Assembly: GCA_051532035.1 (NCBI GenBank) | Contig: JAOPTW010000027.1 | Span: forward strand, 96,001-160,000 | DNA: 64,000 nt | Direction: 5' to 3' | Source of the DNA: Fibrobacterales bacterium | GTDB lineage: Bacteria; Fibrobacterota; Fibrobacteria; Fibrobacterales; JAOPTW01 | Shown here: piece after piece, positions 1 to 10,455 of the stretch | How the letters are laid out: each line of letters opens with the position of its first letter | How positions within the stretch are numbered: position 1 is the first letter of the stretch | Program-made: the position numbers and the translations under genes | Notes under the pieces: generated by a model | Databases searched by the model: none | What the model was told of the DNA's origin: nothing | The model's input: the letters and a program-made list of their open reading frames with translations, nothing else

Positions 1-1456
1 ATTTCCACGCAACGGGATCTGAATCAAAGTGACCGCCCTTGAGTACGACACTTGTACTAATTTTATAGGGTATGCGAGGATGCACCATTTCTGCAACATT
101 GCCCGCCATATGATAAAGATTCGCCATAGATGGAAATTTGGTATCAACAACATCAACCCGGCTTCCTGAAATGACAAACTCTCCATATTCCTCTTTATTG
201 TCAGCAGTACTTTCATCAACAGTCCAAAAATAAGCACCACTATTTCTCTTACTATAAGCGGTTTCCCATTCAACTTCGGTTGGGAGCCTAAAACCATCAC
301 TCTCTAAATCGATCTCAAAGCCGATAGTATCATTATTCCAGAAAGCCCGTTCATCACCAACACCACTAATAGAATCAAATTGATATGCTTCTTTATAGTT
401 ATACTCTTCGGAGAGATCATTACAGAATACTGCCACATCAAAAAAAGAAATATTTGCAACAGGATAGCGTTCCTCGTCAACCTCAAAATCAAAGTCGGAG
501 TTGATACGACCCCATAGTTCATGTGTCACTTCAAAGTTGGCAATAGAGAAGAAGTCCCCAGCAATACTCATCTCTTCAAATGAAGTATCATCAAGGTCAT
601 CCACATTTTTATGTAACCTTTCTGCCTCATAATAGATCATACTATCCTGACTAAAAAAGTCCATTTCCTCAAGCTTCTTTGCGATTCCATTATGAGCATC
701 AAGTTCATAATCTCCAGAATAAAAACGTTCACTCAGGACCTCTTTTGAGTCATCATACTCGTCGCCTATAAAAGCAAAGAGATCATCTTCAAATTCGGGC
801 TTATTATTACGTTTATCAAGAAATTCATCAATAATGCGCTTAATAAACAACTCTCTATTTTCTTCAACATCATCTTTAAAAAACTCAGAGTCTTCATAAA
901 TAGTAAAATAGAGTTTCCGATCTGTGTCACTGCTTTTAGCATCAACAATCTTGTCCAGCAGTTTTTGCTCAAATTCACTATAGCTTACTAACTCAAGGTC
1001 CGTTGACAGTTCTTCTAATATGAAGCTATTCTCGCTATTTATGTAAATAACGTTATTCGTCGTACTATTCTCGTGCTCATTAATATCCTCCGGCTCCTCC
1101 TCATCTATAATAAACTCTCTTAAGACTGCAACAACATCGAGATCACTAATAAAACAAGTATAGCTCACTGTTACTTTTTGCCCAGCATTTGCAGAGACTT
1201 CAAATTGGAAGGTATTAGCGCCCGATTTAGAGTCATAATTCATGACCCTACAATCATCGTCATCACTACAAAACTTGATTGTTTCTTTAGCGTCATTGAT
1301 TGTTATAACCACAACAACGCTATCAAACCCCTGACCAAAACGCGCGCTATTGAGGGAAACAGAGTAATCACGGTCAACTGATCCTGAATCATCGCTCAAA
1401 ATACATGAGTACAATACCAATGAGATAATAGGGAGTAATAAAAACCGTAACAGCAT
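1..1456 (-). CDS. Lipoprotein with C-terminal FGE-sulfatase (SUMF1-like) domain; 3' end runs off the window
   Basis: Absent from the ORF track because no stop lies in the window. Manual translation from ATG 1456 gives MLLRFLLLPIISLVLYSC (lipobox), and the C-terminal part reads ...FEVTHELW...YPVANISFFDVAVFCN...GFRLPTEVEWE...LYHMAGNVAEMV...VLKGG, typical FGE-family motifs. Confidence 0.85.
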   Translation of the reverse strand, partial: MLLRFLLLPIISLVLYSCILSDDSGSVDRDYSVSLNSARFGQGFDSVVVVITINDAKETIKFCSDDDDCRVMNYDSKSGANTFQFEVSANAGQKVTVSYTCFISDLDVVAVLREFIIDEEEPEDINEHENSTTNNVIYINSENSFILEELSTDLELVSYSEFEQKLLDKIVDAKSSDTDRKLYFTIYEDSEFFKDDVEENRELFIKRIIDEFLDKRNNKPEFEDDLFAFIGDEYDDSKEVLSERFYSGDYELDAHNGIAKKLEEMDFFSQDSMIYYEAERLHKNVDDLDDTSFEEMSIAGDFFSIANFEVTHELWGRINSDFDFEVDEERYPVANISFFDVAVFCNDLSEEYNYKEAYQFDSISGVGDERAFWNNDTIGFEIDLESDGFRLPTEVEWETAYSKRNSGAYFWTVDESTADNKEEYGEFVISGSRVDVVDTKFPSMANLYHMAGNVAEMVHPRIPYKISTSVVLKGGHFDSDPVAWK

Positions 1457-1556
1457 GTGCAGAGCCACCGTGTAATAATTGATAGATGCCGTAAATATAG
1501 TAATCTTTTACCACTACCCAATTCACGACATCTCTAAGTTCCTTATTTGAAATAAA

Positions 1557-3434
1557 TTAAGGCGCTTCAATAAGAAGATAAACAATTGAATATCCATCTA
1601 ATGCAACTGAAATTGAGCCATCTGTATTGGCACTATAGGCAGGGATATCGGTAAGGCCATTGGGCCCCCCTTTCTGTGCGCCCTCATTCATTCTGCCATT
1701 AACTGCTACTTTTTCGGTCCAAACATCATCACCCGCACCATCCACAGCGTACCAATAGTACTCCGAACCCACATCTGCCCCCGCAACATCAAACGCAACC
1801 TTCTTCTCATTACTCGATTTGTTGATAAGAATTACCCCGTAGCTTCCATCTGCAAATCCCGATGCCAGAGAGACAATATCACTCCCCTCACCCTCTGTGG
1901 CAAACTGAACATCACCGAGAATTTGATTGAGATAATAAAAATGGAAAAAGGCAGGATAAGGGTCTGAATCCCCATGACTCGGATCGTGGTTACCAAAAAG
2001 GGCAAAATCACCATCAGTTCCCCGCCAATAGTCCTTTATACCAAAGTAATTTGATGATATAAACTGAAATTTATGCATGTTCACAATAGCATTGACGGCA
2101 TGCATGGCACCAATATGGCTGGTCTGGTGTGGTTTTTTGATGTTCCACTCAGAGAGAGCAATAGGCACTCGCGCCGCTCCGGCCGCATCCAACTCATGGT
2201 TCAAAAGGTTGTAGATCCGCTCTATCTGGCCCCATGCGGTACCTAGTACTGCTTCAGGAGAACTCTCATCATGATCAAGAAAGTATGAATGGGTCGTAAT
2301 AAAATCTGCATAATTCCCCCCATCAGGAGTCTTTAGTTGAGCTGCGAGTTGGCGATTCCAATTGAGCGTAACCCCTTTTTCACTGCCATCCCAAACATTG
2401 TCATCATCGGCAAACATCACCCCCACCATTATATCTACACCAATAGACTCGGCCGCTGCCTTCATAGAGTCTATAAACACCCGTGCATGCTGACCATACA
2501 GTTCACCACTGATATATTCTGGCTGACCATCGCGATTTTGACTCGTATTGATGCGAAAACCACCCTCCCAACAAGCATAGGTCTCATTACCTATCTCCCA
2601 CAGCTTTGTACGACCGTTATCATAACGCACCCAATCAGCGGCATAACTCGCCGCTTTTACAACGGGATTATCACTCAATCCATACCGCGCATACGGGTAA
2701 TTGACCGTTATAAACCCATCTGCACCGATGGTGTTTAATAACTCATAAAACCGTGGTGTATTCATTCTCCCAGGCGATTGATCCATACCCGTAGTAAAAT
2801 CGGTCCACGGACGATCATAAGTAAGTGCTTCAATAGGGAGGTCACCGGGGCGTTGATCAAAAAAGTACATATTACTCATGTCACCCCCCGGAAAGCGAAC
2901 CGTTCCCGGCTGCATATCTTTGAGCATCGCCATTAGACGTTCATCTTCATTATAATTACCCGTATAGGTGGTTGCATTAATGCCATGCATATTAGTACTC
3001 AACTGCCCCACCTGTTTGGATGCATCTATAGTAATAGTCACATCGACCTGCTGTGGCTTCTCACCCAACTCTGTTGCCGTAGGTTGTGGAAACACTCTTT
3101 TAAACTCAATGCCAGAGACGTCATCAGTCTGTGATGATGAGCGCTCATCTATCTCACTGGATAACGATTCACTACTCTCAAAAGAACCCATTGATGATGA
3201 TAGAGAAGAGCCTTCTTCCGACGAATGATCAATTTCACCGTCTAATGATGATTCGTGTAGAGAACTCTGGGCTAAAAAACTGCTACTCCCCTGTTGAGAA
3301 TCGCCTTGAATGAACGAACTGACGCCATCTTCGCCATTTGAAGAGAGGCCTGACGGATCAAGTGCCTCTGAGGTACAATGAACAAAAGCTAACAGGGCAA
3401 GCGCGCTGATAGCAGAAAAAGGTGATACTCTCAT
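1557..3434 (-). CDS. Secreted/lipoprotein clan-A glycoside hydrolase (GH44/GH51/GH79-like, arabinofuranosidase-like) with Ser-rich linker
   Basis: Motifs VRFPGG, KLWEIGNE (acid/base) and IALSEWN (nucleophile); signal peptide with Cys followed by an S/E-rich linker. ATG 3434 preferred over the ORF-track start at 3467. Confidence 0.75.
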   Translation of the reverse strand: MRVSPFSAISALALLAFVHCTSEALDPSGLSSNGEDGVSSFIQGDSQQGSSSFLAQSSLHESSLDGEIDHSSEEGSSLSSSMGSFESSESLSSEIDERSSSQTDDVSGIEFKRVFPQPTATELGEKPQQVDVTITIDASKQVGQLSTNMHGINATTYTGNYNEDERLMAMLKDMQPGTVRFPGGDMSNMYFFDQRPGDLPIEALTYDRPWTDFTTGMDQSPGRMNTPRFYELLNTIGADGFITVNYPYARYGLSDNPVVKAASYAADWVRYDNGRTKLWEIGNETYACWEGGFRINTSQNRDGQPEYISGELYGQHARVFIDSMKAAAESIGVDIMVGVMFADDDNVWDGSEKGVTLNWNRQLAAQLKTPDGGNYADFITTHSYFLDHDESSPEAVLGTAWGQIERIYNLLNHELDAAGAARVPIALSEWNIKKPHQTSHIGAMHAVNAIVNMHKFQFISSNYFGIKDYWRGTDGDFALFGNHDPSHGDSDPYPAFFHFYYLNQILGDVQFATEGEGSDIVSLASGFADGSYGVILINKSSNEKKVAFDVAGADVGSEYYWYAVDGAGDDVWTEKVAVNGRMNEGAQKGGPNGLTDIPAYSANTDGSISVALDGYSIVYLLIEAP

Positions 3435-3670
3435 CTGATTCCTACCTGTTTGTTCTCTCCCCCACAAGAGAGTGTATGTGTACGGGTTAATCTATATCGA
3501 ATATAAGCAATGTGTTATGAAAACTTAAAAAACCCATTTAAAATCCTTTTTCACCTATCTCTGTAACAAAAATTAACAATTGACATATTCCACTATACTT
3601 ATGGCTCAAAAGAAATCTATATTGATCACCCTGGGGATTACATACAATAGCAGACTCTATCTGTACTTTT

Positions 3671-5356
3671 ATGACTATTGAGGCAATAATGCAAAAGCTT
3701 ATGTTAGTGGCAACACGTACACCTTTACTTATATCAGGAACACTCCTGGGCTCACTCATACTGTTAAGCAGTTGTGCTCGCGACGGCAGTACCGCCCCAG
3801 AAAGCGACTCTGGTCTTCCTTTATCGAGCAGTCAACTGGTAGAAGTCACCCCCGACTCTACTCAAAGTTCCTCTCAGGGAGCACAGGGGGCCCTGAGCAG
3901 CTCTACCACCACGGAAACATCTTCCCCCTCTACTGAAACAGAGCTATCTTCGGGCTCCACACCTCAACTTTCCTTTGCTATCATCCCTGGTGATGATACT
4001 TCGTCTAACAACCAAGATCAATCATCCCCTGATCAAGCGTCTTCGCACAATGACACAACACAGCCAGATGCCAGTTCTTCTCAAACAAACACCTCTGGCG
4101 AAAGTTCTTCGAGCTCAAGTACTACAACAACCCCATCAAATTTCACTCTGCCACTCAATGACTCAGCAGACTACCTCTTTGATCAAGATGTGATTCGTGA
4201 CTATCACCTTATTCTCGATCCTGACTCCCTCGCACTTATCGACCTTGACCCCGAAGCAGAAAACTATGTCGGTGGTTCTATAGTACTCGACGGCGACACC
4301 ATTGGCCCTGTGGGCATTCGATATAATGGCGGTGACTGCGGAGCTGGACGACTCCCCAAAACGTGCCCGAAACTTTCATTGAAGGTTAAACTTACCTGGA
4401 GCACCTCTAACCTCAGACTCTATGGTAAGAAAAAACTCAATTTTAAAGCAATGCGCAAAGACGAAACTCAAATGCATGAACGACTCGGCTTATGGCTCTT
4501 TAACAAAATGGGCGTTAAAGCCCCCCGTGCTGCCCATGCGAAAGTGTTTGTCAATGGCACCTATACCGGCCTATTTACGCATGTCGAAGAGCCCGATGGA
4601 AAATTTACGAAAGCCCACTTCTCTTCTGACGGAGATGGCAATCTGTATAAAAACACCTGGCCAACAGAGTATACTGATACAGCCAAAACAGAAACTAATT
4701 TTATCAACAACCTCGAGACCAACACTTCTACCACCGATGTCACTCTTATAAAAGGGTTTGCCGATGCGATTATCAGCGCAGGAACGCCTTCTAATGCGGC
4801 CTTTATTATAAAAAGCTATATGGATATCCCAACTACGATGAGTTACATTGCCGTTGACCGTGCTATTCGCAATGATCAAGGCATTTTTCACTGGGATTGC
4901 AATAGTTCTAAAACAAACTGTGAACCAGACAACTTTTTATGGTACGAGGAACCCAACAATCAACTTCTCTCGATTGTTCCTTGGGACCTCGATAAGGCTT
5001 TTGAAAATATCTCTGGTGAGAACAATGCCAACACCTACATAAAAGACCTGTGGAATGTCAAAGAGGATTGCACCCCCTTTGATCAAGGTGACGATTTTCA
5101 AATCTCTGCGGCCTGTGATGATGTCATAGAAGGGCTGGGAACTTTTTCTACCGAGTATACTGCCGCTCAGGCAAAACTCAAGCCTATTATGGGTGACGCT
5201 CTCCTCTTTTTGGAGCATATAAAGACTCAAATTGCTGACGCAACCGGTGCTGCCCATACAGAATATGGGATTCAAGCACTAAGCCTATCCGATTGGGAAA
5301 GTGCTGTTTTAGAATTGAAAAGTGACATTGAGAGTGCGCGGAGTGGACTTCCTTAG
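3671..5356 (+). CDS. CotH kinase family lipoprotein with S/T-rich linker
   Basis: LLSSC lipobox; motifs KLSLKVK, GKKKLNF, VNGTYTGLF, GNLYK, IVPWDLDKAF. Confidence 0.85.
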   Translation: MTIEAIMQKLMLVATRTPLLISGTLLGSLILLSSCARDGSTAPESDSGLPLSSSQLVEVTPDSTQSSSQGAQGALSSSTTTETSSPSTETELSSGSTPQLSFAIIPGDDTSSNNQDQSSPDQASSHNDTTQPDASSSQTNTSGESSSSSSTTTTPSNFTLPLNDSADYLFDQDVIRDYHLILDPDSLALIDLDPEAENYVGGSIVLDGDTIGPVGIRYNGGDCGAGRLPKTCPKLSLKVKLTWSTSNLRLYGKKKLNFKAMRKDETQMHERLGLWLFNKMGVKAPRAAHAKVFVNGTYTGLFTHVEEPDGKFTKAHFSSDGDGNLYKNTWPTEYTDTAKTETNFINNLETNTSTTDVTLIKGFADAIISAGTPSNAAFIIKSYMDIPTTMSYIAVDRAIRNDQGIFHWDCNSSKTNCEPDNFLWYEEPNNQLLSIVPWDLDKAFENISGENNANTYIKDLWNVKEDCTPFDQGDDFQISAACDDVIEGLGTFSTEYTAAQAKLKPIMGDALLFLEHIKTQIADATGAAHTEYGIQALSLSDWESAVLELKSDIESARSGLP

Positions 5357-5404
5357 TGAGCGATTATACGCCAGAGCAACAATGTGATTATTTATGCTTC
5401 ACAT

Positions 5405-5420
5405 TGTGACCCAGATCACA
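5405..5420. promoter_or_regulatory. CRP/FNR-type palindromic site
   Basis: TGTGA-cccaga-TCACA, a perfect TGTGA-N6-TCACA about 100 bp upstream of the OmpA-domain gene. Confidence 0.5.
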
Positions 5421-5505
5421 CTCTACCTGCCCCCAATGTAAATTTCCACTTACACTCTATACTGTTCCCTTGAATATTCTATGATTATTCTTTTGCATCT
5501 AATGT

Positions 5506-8500
5506 TTGGAGTCCGTTGTGTCTTTCGGAAAAGCTAAAAACCCTCTTGATCATTCAATATTTAACAAATTTGACGATGAAGCATTCAGTCGCCCAAAATC
5601 GGGCGGTGGCGGGCTTGGCCCTAATCCAAGTGCTGGAGGTGGCCCATCGAGCGCATCTCAATCAGGAAGTGGATCAGGTAATACTGATGAGGAAGAAGCG
5701 CCAGCGGCACAAGAGCCAGCCCAAGAAGAGGAAGAGGAGTCTCAAGGTCAACTGGTGAATTTGAGTAATTTGGCTTTTGTTGATCCTGATAGCGCCACAA
5801 TAGATGGTGATGTTGATGCTTCGGTAGAGGTTGAATATCTTACAGACCGCACACCGCAAGAGATAACCTTTACCCCAGAAGCAACCTTTGAAGGCTCCTC
5901 AGAAGCTGGGGTGCCAGTGACGAGCACTATCAGTGACGGAGTAGCACAAGCAACGGTCAAGCTTGCCTTGCATCATGGGTATTATGAGAAAAAAGAGAAG
6001 TCGGCTGAAGATAAAGTTGAATATAGTGTAAAAGCAACCTGCCCTGCCGATGATACTGAAGTTGTGGCAGCGAGTACTATTAAGCTACCGGGTAAGCCTC
6101 TCTCAATCGATTGTATCGAAGTTATTGATCAAGTATTTAACCTTAATAGTGCAATTCCGGTTGTTGACGACGAAGGCACACTGGTGAATATACTGAGCAC
6201 CTGTTTTAAGCATCTGGATGAGTGGCCCGATAAAGAACTTATGGTTCTTGGCCATACCGATACCAGTGGTGAACCACAACCTAATTTTGACCTTTCTGAA
6301 AAGCGAGCACAGAGTGTAAAAGCCCTACTCAGTAACGATGCTGAACTCTGGAAAGAGATGGAACAGGCGCAAAGTGGTGTTGCAGATTATCAACAGATAC
6401 TACAAGGCTTAGATATACTCAAAGGGTGGGGATGTGATCCGGGCACGGTAGATGGTGTAGATGGATCGGCGACTCAAAAAGGATTGAAAGGGTTTCAAAG
6501 TGCCTATAACGAAAATTGTGACGGTTCTCTAGCGGTTGATGGCAACATTGGTCCCAATAGCTGGGCTGCCCTGTTAGATGTCATCTATCAAACAGCGGTA
6601 GAGCAGTCTGAAATAAAGCCATCACGCATTAAGCCTCGTTTTCATGCTGAGTATGGTATTTACCCTTGTGGAGAATCATTCCCCGTTGACCAAACGGGAA
6701 TGGATGGCTTACAATCGGCTTCTAATAGACGTGTTGAGATACATATGAGTGACAGACCCAATCCACCAAAGCTCCCAGAACCAGCCCCAGAAATGGCCAT
6801 AAAAGATGTCGTGCTCTACAATAGTGCAGTCACCGCAATGAATATTATTGCCATTATTAGGACCACTGCGGGCTCAAATTGGATTGATATTACGCTTCAT
6901 GATGATCTAGATAATCCACTTGCAGGGTATACAGTGATCATTGAGCTTCCGGATGGGACTCAGCTCGAAGAAGTATTGGATGAGAACGGTACCGCATCAG
7001 TTGAAATTGGTGAACACAGAACGGCAACAGTTACCGTAAAAAGCGATGATAATTTTGAATATGATGTAGTGCACGAAGAAGATTCTGAAGCAGAGAGTGA
7101 GCCAACAGAAGAGAAAGGGGCAGAGTCTCTTATTAAAGTTGAGCGAACGGGGGATAAAGGTGAGAACTCTGTTTTAAGAAAAATTGTGACCCCACCATCG
7201 CTGGTGCTCTATAATCCTATTACAAAATCATATACCGTTATAGACCCTAAAGAAACAGAACTTTGGGAGAAATTTAGCGCCGAAGTGACAAAGGTCGAAG
7301 AGATTCACGGTAAGATGCGTGAGTTTAGAGAGATGATTGCCAAAAATGAGGGTGATGCCGATGCCTTGGCAAAAGAGTCTCTTGATTTTACTACGGACCT
7401 TGTGAAAGAGCTCTACCCGGAAGGGGGAGAAAAACTTGAAGAAATGATTGTGCTTATTGATCATCCGAGTTATGAGAACCTTATGAAGAACTCCACCTTT
7501 ATTTATGCGCGGGATACTGTACTGAAAAAGGCTGGGCTAGAGTGGGTCAAAGAAGAGAATGCCCTAGAAGATACTAAGGTGGGTAAGAAGCTCAAGAAGG
7601 CCCTGCAGTTTAAAGGTACGTCTAAAAAGAAAAAGCACTCTGGTGCTAAGTATGGCCTCAGTAAAAATATTGAGTCTATGTATGCTAAGGATTATGAGCC
7701 TGATTTTGAAGCACAGTGGCCTATTAAATGGAAGTGGGATACTGAGGTTGAGAGTTCGAGTGATGCTCATGAATTTAAGATGAGTAATGAGATGACAGTG
7801 TGTCGATTTTTTGCCAAGGTGCCTGCTGCACCTGAGATTGATTGGGAGAATATGAGTGTCAATTTAGAGTCTCAAGGGGAGGTGGGGTATACCTTGGCAT
7901 CAGATACTCTAAAGGGTGAACTCTATGTTCCCTCAAAAACTGGGTTTGATCTTTTTGCTCCTGTAAACTCAGTTGCAGAACACATCCCCGTATTCGCATT
8001 AAGTAACAAAGCGCAAACTTCACTTGAAAAGAACAAATCAACTGGTAAAATTTTAAATGGTGAACTGTGTGTCCGTATCGCAACAACCTTTAAGGGCTCA
8101 GTTGAAGCCGGAGTAAAAGCCTGTTTCTCTTCTAAGGGAAGCATTGGATTGAGTCAGGAAAATAAAGATTTAATCAACCGACAGAAAAAGGTACTTACCG
8201 ACTTGGTTAAACTTCCTCATATGTGGGATGAAGAGCCTGACTCAATGGACAAAGCGAAGAAAAAAGAGCCTAAAGGTGGTAAGACTCGTCATCTTGAGAT
8301 GGGAGAACCTGTAGAGGTGGAAATTGAAGCATTTGCAGGAATTAAAGCTGGCGGTGAAATAAATACCGGTATTGAATGGTCTAAAGGAAAGAGCGAAGCT
8401 TTTGCAAATATTGCTTCATGCTATGTCGTAGCTGACGGATATCTGGGAGTGGCTGCAGCACTGCGATTAAAAATATTTTTCCGAAAAGGCCGTGTTTGTT

Positions 8501-9243
8501 TTCACTTTAAGGCTGGCGCGGCATTTAAAATTGGTGGCTCAGTAGGTTATGGATATGATGTCGACCTCTGGCAGGGGTATGAAATATTAAAACATATCAC
8601 TGCCTGTATTGACTTTAGATACCTTGCGGAAATATGTCCTGTGTTGCACCAAATCTATGTTCGTATATCAACCAAAATGGCAGTGCTCGGAGAAGAGTAT
8701 CAAGAATTCAAAGATAAGCTGATTGCGGGCGGCGTTGATCTTGTTTCTGATTTAGGCAAGTTTTATGCCGATGTATATGATAAAGGCATGAAAGAGCTTG
8801 ATGCTTTTGCGGGTAAACTAGATGATTACCTCGATGATACTGTGAAGTGGATCAATACAAGTTTCAAAGAAATTTCTAGTGAATTTATTGAAGCAGTCTA
8901 TGATTATACTGATATGCTACCTGAATTTCCTCCTGAAGTAACAGGGAATTTATTGCGAGTTGTAGATACCTTTGTAAATGATGCGGATAAAGAGACTAAG
9001 GGTGAAGCATTCGTGACTTTGTTCGAAAGCGCAGCTGATGAAGGAGTCAGTTGGATTGTTAGACAATTTTCTGATGAAAAAGTACCTTTGAATAAGGATG
9101 CTTCTACACGGCAACAAGCCAAGATAAAAGCTATAGAAAATGGAGAGATAAAACTACAGAACATTGTCGACAAAGAAAGCCTGCGAATAATTGCAAAAGA
9201 AATTTTACCTGCTAAAGGATACAAATGGTTACGAGATATTTAA
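5506..9243 (+). CDS. OmpA-like / peptidoglycan-binding multidomain protein with large unknown C-terminus (putative secreted effector)
   Basis: OmpA motifs GHTDTSG..NFDLSEKRA and CGESFP..NRRVEI interrupted by a PG-binding module (PGTVDGVDG..FQ..LAVDGNIGP); transthyretin-like segment WIDITLHDD..PLAGY..LPDG..LDENG. Start may be GTG 5518 after GGAG. Confidence 0.7.
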   Translation: MESVVSFGKAKNPLDHSIFNKFDDEAFSRPKSGGGGLGPNPSAGGGPSSASQSGSGSGNTDEEEAPAAQEPAQEEEEESQGQLVNLSNLAFVDPDSATIDGDVDASVEVEYLTDRTPQEITFTPEATFEGSSEAGVPVTSTISDGVAQATVKLALHHGYYEKKEKSAEDKVEYSVKATCPADDTEVVAASTIKLPGKPLSIDCIEVIDQVFNLNSAIPVVDDEGTLVNILSTCFKHLDEWPDKELMVLGHTDTSGEPQPNFDLSEKRAQSVKALLSNDAELWKEMEQAQSGVADYQQILQGLDILKGWGCDPGTVDGVDGSATQKGLKGFQSAYNENCDGSLAVDGNIGPNSWAALLDVIYQTAVEQSEIKPSRIKPRFHAEYGIYPCGESFPVDQTGMDGLQSASNRRVEIHMSDRPNPPKLPEPAPEMAIKDVVLYNSAVTAMNIIAIIRTTAGSNWIDITLHDDLDNPLAGYTVIIELPDGTQLEEVLDENGTASVEIGEHRTATVTVKSDDNFEYDVVHEEDSEAESEPTEEKGAESLIKVERTGDKGENSVLRKIVTPPSLVLYNPITKSYTVIDPKETELWEKFSAEVTKVEEIHGKMREFREMIAKNEGDADALAKESLDFTTDLVKELYPEGGEKLEEMIVLIDHPSYENLMKNSTFIYARDTVLKKAGLEWVKEENALEDTKVGKKLKKALQFKGTSKKKKHSGAKYGLSKNIESMYAKDYEPDFEAQWPIKWKWDTEVESSSDAHEFKMSNEMTVCRFFAKVPAAPEIDWENMSVNLESQGEVGYTLASDTLKGELYVPSKTGFDLFAPVNSVAEHIPVFALSNKAQTSLEKNKSTGKILNGELCVRIATTFKGSVEAGVKACFSSKGSIGLSQENKDLINRQKKVLTDLVKLPHMWDEEPDSMDKAKKKEPKGGKTRHLEMGEPVEVEIEAFAGIKAGGEINTGIEWSKGKSEAFANIASCYVVADGYLGVAAALRLKIFFRKGRVCFHFKAGAAFKIGGSVGYGYDVDLWQGYEILKHITACIDFRYLAEICPVLHQIYVRISTKMAVLGEEYQEFKDKLIAGGVDLVSDLGKFYADVYDKGMKELDAFAGKLDDYLDDTVKWINTSFKEISSEFIEAVYDYTDMLPEFPPEVTGNLLRVVDTFVNDADKETKGEAFVTLFESAADEGVSWIVRQFSDEKVPLNKDASTRQQAKIKAIENGEIKLQNIVDKESLRIIAKEILPAKGYKWLRDI

Positions 9244-9986
9244 TAATACTTACCCTTTTATCAATAAGTGTTTACTCAAATGAAAATGAGGCAAAATGTC
9301 ATTTTGAACAAAATAACGAAATATGTTCATATTACAAATCTGGTAAGCTTCTTAAAAAAACGTCATTTAAAAAAAGTGAAAAGACTGGAATAGAAACTGA
9401 ATTCTATTCTAGTGGACAAATCGAAGCAATTACTCATTATCTAAAAGGACACTTTATCGACACCCTCACTATTTACTATGAAAATGGTAAAATTGAGAGT
9501 CAAAGTAATTTTGTTAAAGGTAAAAAAAATGGTATAGCTAATCGTTTTTACAAATCAGGGGTTCTGCAATCTTTTTCCAACTATAAAAATGGAAAGCGAA
9601 ATGGTTCATTTAAAAAATACTTTGAGAGTGGAGAGTTAAAAGAACAAGGTCAGTTTGTAAAGAAGAAGAGAAACGGAACATTCACCGAGTTTTGGTCAAA
9701 CAAACATGCCAAAAAGCTCACCGAATATAAAATGAGTCAACCTCTTGTTGAAAAACGTTATTTCAAATCTTCTGAACAAAATCAGAAGACAACATTCGTC
9801 AAGAAAAGAAAAATCGATACCTTTACCAGTTATACAAAATCAGGTACAGTCTATCATACCATCAAAAATTTAAAAGAGGGCTACATCAAATTTTTTGATC
9901 CTGAAACTGGAAAATGTGTTGCCCATAAGATTAAACGGTATCGCCGTATTGAAGAAGACTTGAAGTGTTCTGAGGTGATGAAGTGA
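9225..9986 (+). CDS. MORN-variant repeat (YwqK-like) exported protein, putative immunity protein
   Basis: Signal peptide; repeated YYxSGxL..xxFxxGKKNG units; overlaps the upstream stop. Confidence 0.8.
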   Translation: MVTRYLIILTLLSISVYSNENEAKCHFEQNNEICSYYKSGKLLKKTSFKKSEKTGIETEFYSSGQIEAITHYLKGHFIDTLTIYYENGKIESQSNFVKGKKNGIANRFYKSGVLQSFSNYKNGKRNGSFKKYFESGELKEQGQFVKKKRNGTFTEFWSNKHAKKLTEYKMSQPLVEKRYFKSSEQNQKTTFVKKRKIDTFTSYTKSGTVYHTIKNLKEGYIKFFDPETGKCVAHKIKRYRRIEEDLKCSEVMK

Positions 9987-10145
9987 ACGTCAGCCTGTTC
10001 AGAAAAGGCTGAATAGGCTCTATAATTGCGCAATAACTCTTCTAATGTTTGATCCACAGTTCTACACTTTTAAGTTTAAAAAAAGTGACTTTAACGGCAA
10101 ATATGACCGTTATTCTTGCATCTAGTAAACCAAGACGTAGAGAAC

Positions 10146-10300
10146 TTATGGATCATGAGCAGAGAGATCGAAATAATTTAGGGCAGTATTACCTGTTGGG
10201 TATATTCTCCATTTTGATTTATTAGCAATCGCATGAGCCACCTTATCAAAATCAGGGAAAAAATCATTTTTTGAAAAGCACCAGCTCGACCCACGAGACT
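10146..10300 (-). pseudogene. Fragment of DUF6088/AbiEi-like type IV antitoxin
   Basis: PDFDKVAHAIANKSKWRIYPTGNTALNYFDLS resembles the DUF6088 core (P...VA.A.A....W.I.PTG..A.N.LGLS); flanks are not coding-like and no partner gene is present. Confidence 0.55.
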
Positions 10301-10455
10301 GTATTCTTTTAAGTAGCTTTACTTTAATGGATTGCATGTATACAATCGGCATATATTTTGTCCCAAAATCGATATCTTTTTTGGGACAAAAAAAGATCAA
10401 CACATTGTATTATTCACTTTAGTCTAGCACTTGTTCAGCTCTATAGACAACCTCC

